A DNA stretch of 64,000 nt. It comes from Bacilli bacterium (GTDB lineage Bacteria > Bacillota_I > Bacilli_A > RF39 > UBA660). The stretch lies in NCBI GenBank assembly GCA_028693275.1, contig JAQUVS010000003.1, forward strand, positions 6,046-70,045, written 5' to 3'. Within the stretch, counting starts at the first letter, position 1, and each line of letters starts with the position of its first letter. A program made the position numbers and the translations under genes. Positions 18,481 through 29,805 of this stretch are shown piece by piece. The notes under the pieces are model-generated. The model ran no database searches, was not told the DNA's origin, and saw nothing but the letters and a program-made list of their open reading frames with translations.

Positions 18481-21403
18481 AAATAATAGTATAAAAGGAC
18501 AAGGAATTAAAAATAATAGCAGAACATATTCTGTAAATTCTAAAGGTAAGAAAAATCTTGCTAGTAAGAAAAATGTTACAGTTTATTCTTCAAGGGAAGC
18601 TGCTAAACGTAAGAAAAGAGGATTTTCTATAAAAAATATTGATAAAAGAATTATTATTGGAATATCTATAATCATAGGTATAGTTTTAATTCATTCTATT
18701 TTAGGAACTACTCTTACAGTAGGAATTATTGCTTTATTAGGAATAGTTTTTGGAATAACTAGACTTCTTGATAGAACTAAATCAATGAAGAAAAAGAGAA
18801 AGATCATTAATATAGTTCTTATTATCTTTTTAACACTTTGTATTACAGGAGTTATTGGAGTAAGTGGTTTTATATTTTATGTAATTAAATCAGCACCAGA
18901 CTTTAATGTTAGTCAATTAGAAGAAAAGGAATCTACTATAATTTATGATTCTGAGGGAAAAGAAATTGTTAAATTAGGGGCTGAGCTAAGAGAAAATATT
19001 AGTTATGATGAACTTCCTGAAGTATTTGTAGATGCTTTAGTATCTATAGAAGATTCAAGATTCTTTCAACATAATGGATTTGATGCTCCTAGATTTATTA
19101 AAGCATCATTAGGACAACTTGCTGGTAACAATGCTGCTGGTGGTGGTTCTACATTATCGATGCAAGTTATTAAAAATAGTTTTACTAATACTAAGTCTAG
19201 AGGTTTCCAAGGACTTGTAAGAAAGTTTACAGATATATATTTAGCTGTATTTAAATTGGAAAAGAATTTTACTAAAGAAGAAATAATAGAATTTTATGTA
19301 AATAATCACTTTTTATCAAGTAATGCTTATGGAGTGGAAGCTGCTTCACAAGTTTATTTCGGAAAAAGTGCAAGAGATATGAATTTAAGTGAAGCCGCTA
19401 TGATTGCTGGTATGTTTAAGGCTCCTTCTAATTATGATCCTTATTTATACCCAGATAAAACATATGCTAGAAGAGCACAAGTATTAAATCAAATGGTTAA
19501 TCATGGATATATTACAAGAGAAGAAGCAAATTTAGCTAATAGTGTTCCTATTACTTCACTTCTTGTTGGTAAAAGTACTACTAGATTAGCTTATCAAGGT
19601 TATATCGATACAGTTATTACGGAATTAAAAAATAAATATGGAATTGATCCTACTTCTACTCCTTTATTAATTTATACTAATATGGATAGAAGTAAACAAC
19701 AATCATTAGATGATATTTTTAACGGAAAAACATTTACTTGGGTTAATGATGTTGTTGAAAGTGGGGTAGCTGTTGTTGATAATTCAACAGGTAAATTAAT
19801 TGCTGTTGGTGCTGGTAGAAATAAAACTACTGCTCTATCTTATAACTTTGCAACTATGTCTAATAGACAAATTGGTTCTACAGCAAAACCGATATTCGAT
19901 TATGCTCCTGGTATGGAATATAATAACTGGAGTACTTATACGCAATTCGATGATTCGGAATACACATATTCTAATGGTGTAGCAATAAACAACTCTGATA
20001 GAACATATATGGGTCAAATAAGTTTAAGAACTGCTTTGGCACAATCAAGAAATATACCTGCATTGAAAGCTTTCCAAGCAGTTAGTAATAAAAAAATTGT
20101 GGATTTTGTTCAATCTTTAGGAATTACTCCTGAAATTAGTGGTGGAAAAATTCATGAAGCTCATGCTGTTGGTGCCTTTAATGGTGCTTCTCCTTTACAA
20201 ATGGCTGCTGCATATTCTGCATTTGCCAATGGAGGATATTATAATGAACCTTTAAGTGTTAATAAAATTATTTATAGAGATACTAAAGAAGAAGTTGTAT
20301 ATCAAGCTGAGAAAAAACAAGTAATGTCTGATTCAACTGCATTTATGATAACTGATTCATTAGTAACTGCTGTTAATTCGGGATTAAGTAATGGTGCTAA
20401 AGTAAATGGTGTTACATTGGCTGCTAAAACTGGTACTTCTAGTTTTGATGATACTACTAAGAAAAATTATAAATTACCAGATGATGCTGTTAATGATGCA
20501 TGGATAGTAGGATATGATCCTGATATTACAATAAGTATGTGGTACGGATATGAAAATATAAATAAAGACTATGTAAATAGAAGTGTTCCTGCAGTTATTC
20601 AAAGAGGAAAATTATATAGAGCCATTGGTAGTGCTTTGTTTACTAAAGATAATCAACAATTTAAAGTTCCTACTAGTGTTGTTAAAGTAGGAATAGAAAC
20701 AGGTTCTAATCCAGCATTATTACCTAGTGCTAATACTCCTGTTGATCAAATTACTTATGAATATTTTAAAAAAGGTACTGAGCCTACTGAGGTTTCTACT
20801 AAATATAAAAAATTAGATAACGTAACTAATTTAAAAGTTTCATATGATAGTTCAACTTCTAAAGTTAACTTAAGTTGGTCTAGTGTAAATGAACCAAGTG
20901 CTAATAGTAGTTATGGATCATTTGGATATAGAATCTACTATAATGGTGGATTAGTTGGATTTACTACAGAAAGTAGTTATAGTATAACTGCTACTACTAA
21001 TATGAGTGGTACTTATAGAGTAGTTACATGTTTTGAAAAATTCACTTCTAATCAAAGTGATGGAACAACATATGACTTACTTTATACTTCTAATAATGCA
21101 AATGATATATATACATTGAAATTAAATGGTTTAGCTAGTTATGTTGTAAATCCAAGTGGAAGTTATACTGATTCTGATCCTGCTGTAAGTTTATTACAAG
21201 GAACATTAGAAGTAGATGTTAATTTGGATACTAATTTAAAAACAACAGTTTCTTATAACAATGGAACTCCAGCTACAGTTAATGGAATTTTCTCATTAAA
21301 TGGAAGTTCAACTGCTATACCTACTGGGAAGTATGTACTTACTTATACTCTTACTTATAATAATAAAACTTATGTTAAGTCTAGAGTAATTTTAGTACAA
21401 TAA
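18473..21403 (+). CDS. ponA: Class A penicillin-binding protein PBP1A with about 250-aa C-terminal FN3/Ig-like extension
   Basis: GT51 motifs EDSRFFQHNGFD and GGSTLSMQ; transpeptidase STAKP, SRN, KTGT. Confidence 0.9.
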   Translation: MSKNNSIKGQGIKNNSRTYSVNSKGKKNLASKKNVTVYSSREAAKRKKRGFSIKNIDKRIIIGISIIIGIVLIHSILGTTLTVGIIALLGIVFGITRLLDRTKSMKKKRKIINIVLIIFLTLCITGVIGVSGFIFYVIKSAPDFNVSQLEEKESTIIYDSEGKEIVKLGAELRENISYDELPEVFVDALVSIEDSRFFQHNGFDAPRFIKASLGQLAGNNAAGGGSTLSMQVIKNSFTNTKSRGFQGLVRKFTDIYLAVFKLEKNFTKEEIIEFYVNNHFLSSNAYGVEAASQVYFGKSARDMNLSEAAMIAGMFKAPSNYDPYLYPDKTYARRAQVLNQMVNHGYITREEANLANSVPITSLLVGKSTTRLAYQGYIDTVITELKNKYGIDPTSTPLLIYTNMDRSKQQSLDDIFNGKTFTWVNDVVESGVAVVDNSTGKLIAVGAGRNKTTALSYNFATMSNRQIGSTAKPIFDYAPGMEYNNWSTYTQFDDSEYTYSNGVAINNSDRTYMGQISLRTALAQSRNIPALKAFQAVSNKKIVDFVQSLGITPEISGGKIHEAHAVGAFNGASPLQMAAAYSAFANGGYYNEPLSVNKIIYRDTKEEVVYQAEKKQVMSDSTAFMITDSLVTAVNSGLSNGAKVNGVTLAAKTGTSSFDDTTKKNYKLPDDAVNDAWIVGYDPDITISMWYGYENINKDYVNRSVPAVIQRGKLYRAIGSALFTKDNQQFKVPTSVVKVGIETGSNPALLPSANTPVDQITYEYFKKGTEPTEVSTKYKKLDNVTNLKVSYDSSTSKVNLSWSSVNEPSANSSYGSFGYRIYYNGGLVGFTTESSYSITATTNMSGTYRVVTCFEKFTSNQSDGTTYDLLYTSNNANDIYTLKLNGLASYVVNPSGSYTDSDPAVSLLQGTLEVDVNLDTNLKTTVSYNNGTPATVNGIFSLNGSSTAIPTGKYVLTYTLTYNNKTYVKSRVILVQ

Positions 21404-21440
21404 TAAAAAACCTCAATTAATTGAGGTTTTTCTTTTTTTC
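21404..21440. terminator. Bidirectional terminator between ponA and nth
   Basis: hairpin AAACCTCAATTAATTGAGGTTT followed by T-run. Confidence 0.6.
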
Positions 21441-22055
21441 TATACATATTTCTTTTAGTTCACAATCTATACAGTTAGGTTTTATTGCCTTACAGTAATA
21501 TCTTCCAAACATAACTAATTGGTGATGAAATCTTGACCAATTTTCTTTTTTTATTTTTTTAGTTAGTTTTAATTCTACAATTTCCACATTATCGTCTTTA
21601 TTGGCTATTTTAAGACGTTTTGAGACTCTTTCTACATGTGTATCAACTGCAATTCTAGGTATCTTATAAAATTCGCTTAAAAAGACATTTATTGTCTTTC
21701 TTCCTACACCTGGCATCTCTAATAATTTATTATCTTCTATTGGAACAATACTATTATATTTATCTACTAAGATTGTAGCTATTTCCTTAATAAAAATAGC
21801 TTTTTTCTTATATGTTCCAATTATTCTTATAATCTTTTCTAAGTCTTCTAAGTTAGCATCTTTTAATTCATTTAAAGACTTATATTTATTAAAGAGAATC
21901 TTTGTAACTTCGTTTACTCTTTTATCTGTTGTTTGAGCACTTAAAACAATAGCTATTAATAACTCATAATCTTTTTGATATTCTAATTCACAAACAGGAT
22001 TAGGGATTATTTTATCTAGATAATTTTCTATTTTAGTTATTTTATTCATCTTCAT
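21417..22055 (-). CDS. nth: Endonuclease III
   Basis: HhH-GPD motif LLEMPGVGRKTINVFL; C-terminal 4Fe-4S cysteines C-x6-C-x2-C-x5-C; start chosen at MKMNK. Confidence 0.85.
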   Translation of the reverse strand: MKMNKITKIENYLDKIIPNPVCELEYQKDYELLIAIVLSAQTTDKRVNEVTKILFNKYKSLNELKDANLEDLEKIIRIIGTYKKKAIFIKEIATILVDKYNSIVPIEDNKLLEMPGVGRKTINVFLSEFYKIPRIAVDTHVERVSKRLKIANKDDNVEIVELKLTKKIKKENWSRFHHQLVMFGRYYCKAIKPNCIDCELKEICIEKKKNLN

Positions 22056-22710
22056 CAAACCAATCAAAATCAAAGTATTCTTCTTTTTCTTTTTTTGTTT
22101 GTTCTTCTCTAAATTTAGATTTACTTTTTTCTACATCTTCTTTTGTCTTAAATCCTTTTTTAGTCCATTCATAAATAATTTTATCCATGTATCTTAAATT
22201 ACTTACTCCATTAAAAACTGTTTCTTTTAGAGCTTCTTCTATAAGTTCTTCTTTTACTCCACCATCTAGCCAAGCTTTTATTATTTCAAATTCTATTGGG
22301 CTTAATGGTCGGCAGAAACCTTTTTCAATTGACTTAAATATATCAATTGTTTCTTCCTTATTACTAATATTATTTATTTCATCTATTGTTATTGATGATA
22401 ATTTCTCATAAAAAGGTTTTAACGTTATATATTCTTCTCTTATGTTTCTATCATTTTTTATTATTTCTAGATTTAATAATTGTTTTTCTTTTAAAACCGA
22501 TACCATTTCCATAACTTTATATACATCCATATTTAAATCTTCTGAAATGAAAGCTGCATCAAATAGGAACCTTTCATTAATATTTGTTAAGTATATTAGA
22601 AATATATAAGTTTCAAAGTCTAAATCAAATTTATCTCTGTTTTTATATAAATATTTAGAAATAACAAAATTCCCTGATTTCATTAGGTCCATCAATTTCT
22701 TTGTTTTCAT
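22042..22710 (-). CDS. dnaD: Replication initiation/membrane attachment protein DnaD
   Basis: DnaD-type C-terminal domain; conserved dnaD-nth arrangement. Confidence 0.7.
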   Translation of the reverse strand: MKTKKLMDLMKSGNFVISKYLYKNRDKFDLDFETYIFLIYLTNINERFLFDAAFISEDLNMDVYKVMEMVSVLKEKQLLNLEIIKNDRNIREEYITLKPFYEKLSSITIDEINNISNKEETIDIFKSIEKGFCRPLSPIEFEIIKAWLDGGVKEELIEEALKETVFNGVSNLRYMDKIIYEWTKKGFKTKEDVEKSKSKFREEQTKKEKEEYFDFDWFDEDE

Positions 22711-22735
22711 TAATACACCACCTTTTTTCTAAATA

Positions 22736-23833
22736 TTATAACATATTATTATAAGTATTTATAATATAATCTTTAATTATATATCTGTCGTTTTCTAATT
22801 TTCCTGTTACTATTTTATATTCTATATCATTTATAATATTTTTTAGATATGAACCTGGTTCTTTATTTAAAATATCTGCTATTTCTATTGGAAATATATC
22901 TATATCTTTTTTGTTTTTTATTGGGAGATTTTTATATGTTTCATTAATATTTTTTTTATCCATATTTTTAATATCACAAACTATTAACGTAATATATAAA
23001 CCAAATTCATATATAAAATATTTATCTATATCTCTATTTAGGGCATCTCTTATTTTTTTTATGTTTTCTTTTTCTACTTTATTAAATGGATATTTATCTG
23101 AATATTCTAATTGAGCCCAAATACCATTTATATCGTTTACTGGAATTATTTTATCTATATTTTTAATTTCTAAAACTTCTCCTAGATTAAATCTGTTTAT
23201 CATTTTTATTCCATCTAGGGAGTTTTTTGATAGAAATATTTTTTGTAGTTCTTCTTTTTTTCTTTGATAAGATAAATTTTTAAGTAAATTTTTATTATTG
23301 ATAATTGCATCTTCTATTTCTATACTTAGTGTAAATTTTAAGGTAGTAGCTATTCTAATTGCTCTTAATATTCTTAATGAATCTTGATTAAATTTATAAT
23401 TACTATCTCCTACTACCTTTAAAATCTTATTTTCCAAGTCTTTTTTACCATCAAGAAGATCTATAATATTTTTATCTTTATCCATACAAATAGTATTAAT
23501 AGTAAAGTCTCTTCTTAATAGGTCCGTTTTTAAATCATCTATATATTCTATTTCATCTGGTTTTCTATTATTTAAGTAAGATAGTTCTTTTCTAAAAGTT
23601 GTTATTTCAAATCTTATATCTTTATATGTTAATGTTACTGAACCATATTCTTCTGGTGGCAAACAAGACTCTTTAAAGATATTTCTTAAATCTACTGCTC
23701 TTGCATTTGTACAAATATCAACATCATTAGATTCAATACCTAAAATATAGTCTCTTACAAATCCACCAACTATATAGGCTTCAAAGCCTGCATCATTTAT
23801 TTTTTTTAATAATTTTAATGAAGTTTCTAACAT
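22736..23833 (-). CDS. cca: CCA-adding tRNA nucleotidyltransferase
   Basis: PolyA-polymerase head GGFVRDY...DVDICT. Confidence 0.8.
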   Translation of the reverse strand: MLETSLKLLKKINDAGFEAYIVGGFVRDYILGIESNDVDICTNARAVDLRNIFKESCLPPEEYGSVTLTYKDIRFEITTFRKELSYLNNRKPDEIEYIDDLKTDLLRRDFTINTICMDKDKNIIDLLDGKKDLENKILKVVGDSNYKFNQDSLRILRAIRIATTLKFTLSIEIEDAIINNKNLLKNLSYQRKKEELQKIFLSKNSLDGIKMINRFNLGEVLEIKNIDKIIPVNDINGIWAQLEYSDKYPFNKVEKENIKKIRDALNRDIDKYFIYEFGLYITLIVCDIKNMDKKNINETYKNLPIKNKKDIDIFPIEIADILNKEPGSYLKNIINDIEYKIVTGKLENDRYIIKDYIINTYNNML

Positions 23834-23951
23834 ATTATCACCACCTTTATTATACCATATATAGGTATGTTATTTTTTTAGTAAAAGTAATTTAATAGTA
23901 AAATTATGTATATAAATACCAAAAAAAAAAGCCAAAAGGCTTTTTCTTTTT

Positions 23952-24227
23952 TTATTTATTAACTGCGTCTTTTAATGCTGAACCAGCTTTGAAAGCTACA
24001 GCATTTCTTGCTGCTATTTTAACTGTTGCTCCTGTTTGAGGATTACGTCCTTCACGAGCAGCTCTTTTTGAAACACCGAATGTTCCAAAACCAACTAGTG
24101 GTACTTTGTCTCCCTTAACTAATGCTTCAGTAATTACATCGAATACTGCATCGATTGAACGTGTTGCATCTGCTTTAGTAAGACCTGTCTTTTCAGCTAC
24201 TGCTTCTACTAATTCTACTTTTTTCAT
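23952..24227 (-). CDS. hup: DNA-binding protein HU
   Basis: 91 aa, canonical HU sequence GFGTFGVSKRAAREGRNPQTG. Confidence 0.95.
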   Translation of the reverse strand: MKKVELVEAVAEKTGLTKADATRSIDAVFDVITEALVKGDKVPLVGFGTFGVSKRAAREGRNPQTGATVKIAARNAVAFKAGSALKDAVNK

Positions 24228-24345
24228 TTAAAAACCTCCATTTTTAATTTAAGCACATTATGCTTACATATATAAATTATCACGTTTTTATTATAAAATC
24301 AACAATTTTGCGTAGAAATACTAGTTTTATTACTTATTTTTATTA

Positions 24346-25653
24346 TTATTCTTCATTTTTGTTCTTAAAGATTATTTCTATTGGGGTTCCTTCAAAATCA
24401 AAGTTTTCTCTTAGTTTATTTTCTAGATATCTTTCATAAGAAAAATGAACTAAATTTTTACTATTTACTTGGAAGATAAATCTAGGAGGTTTAGTCCCTT
24501 TTTGGTTAACAAAATAAATTTTTAATCTTTTACCTTTATATGAAGGTGGGATATTAAGTGCATAGGCATCCATTATTACTCTATTTAAAACACTTGTCTT
24601 TATTTCTCTGTTTATATTTTCTTTTACTTTTACTACTTCTGGCATAATAGTGTGAATTCTTTTTTTAGTTGTAGCCGATGTAAATACTATTGGAGCATAT
24701 GTTAAGAATTGAAATTCTGATCTTACTAACTTAGTGTATTCTTTAATATCCATATCAGTTACAGTATCCCATTTATTTACTACAATTATTAGACCCTTAC
24801 CTTTTTCTAGTGCATATGAAGCAATATGTTTATCGTGTTCAATTATTCCTTCTTCTGCTGAAATTACAAGTAAGCATATATCACTTCTATCAATAGCTTT
24901 TAAACTTCTAAGTAAACTATATTTTTCTATTGATTCAAATACTCTACCTTTTTTTCTCATACCTGCAGTATCTATAATAACGAATTCTTCTTTATTGTAT
25001 GAAAAAACTGTATCTATAGAATCTCTAGTAGTTCCTGCTACATCACTAACGATTACTCTTTCTTCATTTAAAAGAGCATTTACTAAACTGCTTTTACCTA
25101 CATTTGGTCTTCCTATTAGTGATATTTTTAGTCTGTCATCTTCTTCTACATCTTCATATTCTCTAAAATCTTTTACTATTTCATCTAAAAGTTCATAGAA
25201 ACCAATATTATGTTCAGCTGATACAGGAATATAAGTATCAAATCCTAATTCATAGAAATCATATAAATGTTCTTTTGATAATTTATTATCAATCTTATTT
25301 ATAGCAACGATTACTCTTTTGTCACTTTTTCTAAGTAGATCTCTTACAACTAAATCATTAGAAGTAATACCATCTATTCCATCTACGACAAAAACAACAA
25401 CATCGCTTTCTTTTATAGCTATTTCTGCCTGAACTTTTATTTCACTGTTAAAAATATCTTCTGAAACATCTATTCCACCAGTATCTATTACATTAAAACG
25501 ATAATCATTGTAATTTCCTTCGCTATATAGTCTATCTCTTGTTACACCAGGAGTATCTTCTATAATTGCTATTTTCTTTCCTACTATTTTGTTGAAAATA
25601 GTACTTTTTCCTACGTTTGGTCTCCCTACTAGGGCTATAGTCGGTATTCTCAT
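24346..25653 (-). CDS. der: Ribosome-biogenesis GTPase Der/EngA (tandem GTPase domains)
   Basis: two G1 motifs GRPNVGKS, C-terminal KH-like domain; RBS AAGAGGTGG before ATG at 25653. Confidence 0.9.
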   Translation of the reverse strand: MRIPTIALVGRPNVGKSTIFNKIVGKKIAIIEDTPGVTRDRLYSEGNYNDYRFNVIDTGGIDVSEDIFNSEIKVQAEIAIKESDVVVFVVDGIDGITSNDLVVRDLLRKSDKRVIVAINKIDNKLSKEHLYDFYELGFDTYIPVSAEHNIGFYELLDEIVKDFREYEDVEEDDRLKISLIGRPNVGKSSLVNALLNEERVIVSDVAGTTRDSIDTVFSYNKEEFVIIDTAGMRKKGRVFESIEKYSLLRSLKAIDRSDICLLVISAEEGIIEHDKHIASYALEKGKGLIIVVNKWDTVTDMDIKEYTKLVRSEFQFLTYAPIVFTSATTKKRIHTIMPEVVKVKENINREIKTSVLNRVIMDAYALNIPPSYKGKRLKIYFVNQKGTKPPRFIFQVNSKNLVHFSYERYLENKLRENFDFEGTPIEIIFKNKNEE

Positions 25654-25725
25654 TAGTCCCACCTCTTTTTCTCGTTAGTATTATAACAAAAAAAAGTAAA
25701 TAAAGATAGACTCTATTTACTTTTG

Positions 25726-26328
25726 TTAAAATGTTTCTATTACTAAATCTTCTAACTTCTTTAATACTTCATCTTTACCTTGTTTTGTTACGCTTGAGAA
25801 TAATATAAGATCATCACCCATAACTAGGTCGATAGTATCTTTTATCATTTTCAAGTTTTTATCTTTTTTGCTTCCACCAACTTTATCAACTTTGGTTGCA
25901 ATAATTGTTACTGGAATATTGTAGTACTTTAAGAAATTATACATAATTACATCATCTTCTGTTGGTTTTAATCTAAAATCAATTAACATGAAGACTCTTC
26001 TTAATTCGTCTCTTTTTTCTAAGTACTCTTCTATCATTTTACCAAATTTTTCTTGAGTTTTTTTATCTACAGATGCATAACCATAACCAGGTACATCTAC
26101 AAAATAAAAACTATTATTTATAAGATAGAAGTTAAGTGTTTGTGTTTTACCAGGTCTACTAGATATTCTAGCAATATTTTTTCTATTACACATAGCATTG
26201 ATAAAACTACTCTTTCCTACATTACTTCTTCCTACTAACATAAATTCTGGAAATGATGTTTCTGGATATTGACTTCTACGAACTGCTATTAGCGGTTCTT
26301 TTACGTCTACTATTTTCAATTTAAACAC
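25726..26328 (-). CDS. engB: Ribosome-biogenesis GTPase EngB/YsxC
   Basis: G1 GRSNVGKSS; EngB family length. Confidence 0.85.
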   Translation of the reverse strand: MFKLKIVDVKEPLIAVRRSQYPETSFPEFMLVGRSNVGKSSFINAMCNRKNIARISSRPGKTQTLNFYLINNSFYFVDVPGYGYASVDKKTQEKFGKMIEEYLEKRDELRRVFMLIDFRLKPTEDDVIMYNFLKYYNIPVTIIATKVDKVGGSKKDKNLKMIKDTIDLVMGDDLILFSSVTKQGKDEVLKKLEDLVIETF

Positions 26329-26330
26329 CC

Positions 26331-27284
26331 CTATTCAAAGTTTTCTTTGATATATTTTTCACATTCTCTATCTAGATCGTTTATTAATAATTTAGCTTCT
26401 TCCATAGATGACACTCTTGCACCTGAGGCAAATCTATGTCCTCCACCTCTATAATTTTCAGCTACTTTATTAATTTCTGGTCCTCTAGACCTAATACTTA
26501 TTTTAATAGTATCATTTTTATTATCTTCTGAGATTGTTAACCATACTAAGATATCTTCAATATAATTAAAATTATTTACAATATTGCCTGCAGAAGATGA
26601 ATCTACATTAAATTTATTTATGATAGTGTTAGTTATTTCTATATAACCTACACCATTTTCTGTTACTTGCATATTTTGACTTATATATCCTTGGAATCTT
26701 ATTTCACTTAAAGGTCTCATATACAAATCTGAATATAATGCTGGTAAATCCAGATTATAATCTTTTACTATTTGAGATACAATTTTAAATGTTGATGCTG
26801 TTGAGTTTTGAAATAAAAATCTATTTGTATCAGATACTAATCCTTGGAATAATTTTCCAATTATTTCTTTATCTCTTTTTAATTTAGTATTATAGATCAT
26901 TTCAATTATCAATTGGCATGTTGATGATGATTCTTCATTCATAATTTCTATATCACAAAATTTTTCCACAAAAGGATGATGATCTATTTTAATAGAATAA
27001 GAATAATTAATACCTTCTATCCCATCTACTCTTCTTTTATCAGGAGTATCTAAAACTATAAGTAAAGTTGGTTCTTCTGTTGGTTCATACTTATCTAATT
27101 TTCCTAAATAAGTAAACTTAGTAGAACCATTACCTATGGCATATACTTTTTTGTTTGGGAAAGTTTTAATTATTGAATCTCTTAAGGCTATTTGACTAGC
27201 CATTGCATCAGGATCAACACCAATGTGTCTAGCAATAACGATATTATTATATTTTTTTATTGCCTTGTATACTTTTTTATACAT
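26331..27284 (-). CDS. nrnA: DHH/DHHA1 phosphoesterase (NrnA-like nanoRNase/pAp phosphatase)
   Basis: N-terminal DHH region HIGVDPDAM; DHHA1 motif GGGHRFASGA. Confidence 0.7.
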   Translation of the reverse strand: MYKKVYKAIKKYNNIVIARHIGVDPDAMASQIALRDSIIKTFPNKKVYAIGNGSTKFTYLGKLDKYEPTEEPTLLIVLDTPDKRRVDGIEGINYSYSIKIDHHPFVEKFCDIEIMNEESSSTCQLIIEMIYNTKLKRDKEIIGKLFQGLVSDTNRFLFQNSTASTFKIVSQIVKDYNLDLPALYSDLYMRPLSEIRFQGYISQNMQVTENGVGYIEITNTIINKFNVDSSSAGNIVNNFNYIEDILVWLTISEDNKNDTIKISIRSRGPEINKVAENYRGGGHRFASGARVSSMEEAKLLINDLDRECEKYIKENFE

Positions 27285-27300
27285 ATAAATTCTTCCTATT

Positions 27301-28479
27301 CTATTTTATTAAACTAAGAGTATTTTCAGCTATCATTAATTCTTCATCAGTAGGTACAACATATACTTTTACTTTTGAATCTTTTTTAGATATTTCTCTT
27401 ATTTCTCCTCTTACATTGTTCTTTTCTTCATCTAATGTAATTCCTAAACAAGCTAATTTATCAACAATCATTTTTCTAACTAAAACAGCATTTTCTCCTA
27501 CTCCAGCAGTCAAACAAATAACATCTGCTCCTTCTAATTCTACATAGTAACTAGATATATAATTAACAATTGTTCTTACATATTTTTCTAATGTTATTTT
27601 TGCTTGTTCATTGTTTTCATTTATAGCATTTTCTATATCTCTACAATCACTTGATAATTGTGACATTCCAAGTAATCCTGATTTTTTATTTAATATATCT
27701 ATTACTTCAGATGCATTTAATCCTTCTTTTTCCATAATATAAGGGATAATTGATGGATCTATATCTCCACTTCTTGTTCCCATCATTACACCTGCTAATG
27801 GAGTAAATCCCATTGTTGTATTAACGCATTTTCCGTTTTTAACAGCAGAAATAGAAGCCCCAGATCCTATATGGCAAATAATTGCTTTTAGATCTTCTGT
27901 ACCTAGAATTTCTGATATTTTTTTAGTTATATAAGCATGGCTTGTTCCATGAAAACCAAATTTTCTAACACCATAATTTGTATACCATTCATATGGAACT
28001 GGATACAAATAATTTACTTTTTCCATTGTTTGGTGGAAAGCAGTATCAAAAACAGCAACCATTTTAACTTCTGGAAGGGCTTTTTTAATTGCTTCTATTC
28101 CTAAAACATTAGCTGGATTATGAAGTGGTGCAAAATCAGAGAATTTTCTTATATCTTCAATTATGTCATCAGTAATTACTACTGATCTGTTATATTTATC
28201 AGAACCATGAACAACTCTATGACCAACACCATCGATTTCATCAAGGGAATCGATTATATTTAAAGCTATTAATTTTTCAAGCATTACTTCTACCGCAACT
28301 GTGTGATTTGGCATTTCTACTTCTTCTCTTATTTTATCTCCATTATATTTAATTGTATAAAAACTATTTGGTATTCCTACCCTTTCAAAGTATCCAGATG
28401 CAATAACTTCTTTAGTATTCATATCAAATAAACTAAATTTAAGTGAACTGCTTCCTGCATTTATTGACATTATTTTCAT
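27301..28479 (-). CDS. ackA: Acetate kinase
   Basis: Acetokinase signatures INAGSSSLKF and VHGG-type region; 392 aa. Confidence 0.9.
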   Translation of the reverse strand: MKIMSINAGSSSLKFSLFDMNTKEVIASGYFERVGIPNSFYTIKYNGDKIREEVEMPNHTVAVEVMLEKLIALNIIDSLDEIDGVGHRVVHGSDKYNRSVVITDDIIEDIRKFSDFAPLHNPANVLGIEAIKKALPEVKMVAVFDTAFHQTMEKVNYLYPVPYEWYTNYGVRKFGFHGTSHAYITKKISEILGTEDLKAIICHIGSGASISAVKNGKCVNTTMGFTPLAGVMMGTRSGDIDPSIIPYIMEKEGLNASEVIDILNKKSGLLGMSQLSSDCRDIENAINENNEQAKITLEKYVRTIVNYISSYYVELEGADVICLTAGVGENAVLVRKMIVDKLACLGITLDEEKNNVRGEIREISKKDSKVKVYVVPTDEELMIAENTLSLIK

Positions 28480-28544
28480 ATTTAACTACCTCATCTCTAT
28501 ATTATATATTATACTATATTTATTTTTTATTTCAAACAATTATA

Positions 28545-29732
28545 TTATAAAAGATCTTGATAATTATTTTTATCTTTTTCTCTTATTGTTATTGTCTTAA
28601 TATTTTTCATAACTGTATTTATTTGTTCTTCAAAATCAAATTTTTCTTCATTAATAAGACATTCTTCTAATGTAGGATTTATAACTGGATGTTTTGGAAC
28701 AAATACTGTACAGCAATCTTCAAATGGAAGGATACTTGTTTCATAAGTATCTATTTTTCTTGCTATATCTATTATTTCTAATTTATCTAAACAGGCTACT
28801 GGTCTAATTACAGGCATATTTGTTACTTCATTTATTACTGACATACTATGTAGTGTTTGTGAAGCCACTTGTCCTATTGATTCACCATTAGATATTACTA
28901 AAGCCTTTTTTCTTTTTGCTAATCTTTCAGTTATTCTATACATCATTCTTCTCATAATAGTTATTGTATAATCTGGATTACAATTCTTATATATTGATTC
29001 TTGAATTTCTGTAAAAGGAATAATATGTACATCTATTTTATTACAATATTTAGATAATTTTTTAGCTAGTGAAAGAACTTTGTCTCTTGCTTCTAATGAT
29101 GTATGTGGAATTGCTTCAAAGTATATACAATCTAATTTTACACCTCTTTTTAGCATTAAATATCCAGCTACAGGTGAATCTATTCCTCCACTTAACATTA
29201 ATATTGACTTAGGTTGTGTACCAACAGGATATCCTCCTAAACCAGCATAACTATTAGTATAAATATATGTGAATTCTGGTAATATTTCTATATTAACAAG
29301 TAAGTCAGGATTGTGAACATCTACTTTAACATTATTAACATTTTTTAAAATTAATCCACCTATTACATTATTAAAATCCATGCTATTTATTTCAAATCTT
29401 TTATCACTTCTTTTAGTATTTACTTTAAATGTATCAAAAGATATATTTTTAATAGCATCTAAAACACTTTCTTTAATAGTTTCTTGATCTGATGATACTT
29501 TATAAGCTACATGATACTTATGTATTCCGAATACTTCGTTGATCTTACTTAAAATTATTTTTAAGTCTTTATCTTCAAATTCAATATACATTCTAGAAAT
29601 ATCTTTTTTTATATTTACTTGATAATCTTGCAATTTGTTCTTAATATTTTCATATAGTACTTTTATAAAAAAGTTTCTATTTCCTTTTTTTGTTGTTAAT
29701 TCTCCATATTTAATTAATATTACTCTGTTCAT
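28545..29732 (-). CDS. thiI: tRNA 4-thiouridine synthase ThiI
   Basis: THUMP region, PP-loop SGGIDSPVA; RBS TGAGGT before second ATG (29732). Confidence 0.85.
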   Translation of the reverse strand: MNRVILIKYGELTTKKGNRNFFIKVLYENIKNKLQDYQVNIKKDISRMYIEFEDKDLKIILSKINEVFGIHKYHVAYKVSSDQETIKESVLDAIKNISFDTFKVNTKRSDKRFEINSMDFNNVIGGLILKNVNNVKVDVHNPDLLVNIEILPEFTYIYTNSYAGLGGYPVGTQPKSILMLSGGIDSPVAGYLMLKRGVKLDCIYFEAIPHTSLEARDKVLSLAKKLSKYCNKIDVHIIPFTEIQESIYKNCNPDYTITIMRRMMYRITERLAKRKKALVISNGESIGQVASQTLHSMSVINEVTNMPVIRPVACLDKLEIIDIARKIDTYETSILPFEDCCTVFVPKHPVINPTLEECLINEEKFDFEEQINTVMKNIKTITIREKDKNNYQDLL

Positions 29733-29805
29733 AATATACCTCATTTCTTAATGACTTAGATATTATAACAAAAAAATAAGTATATTTCTATACTTATTGT
29801 TTTTA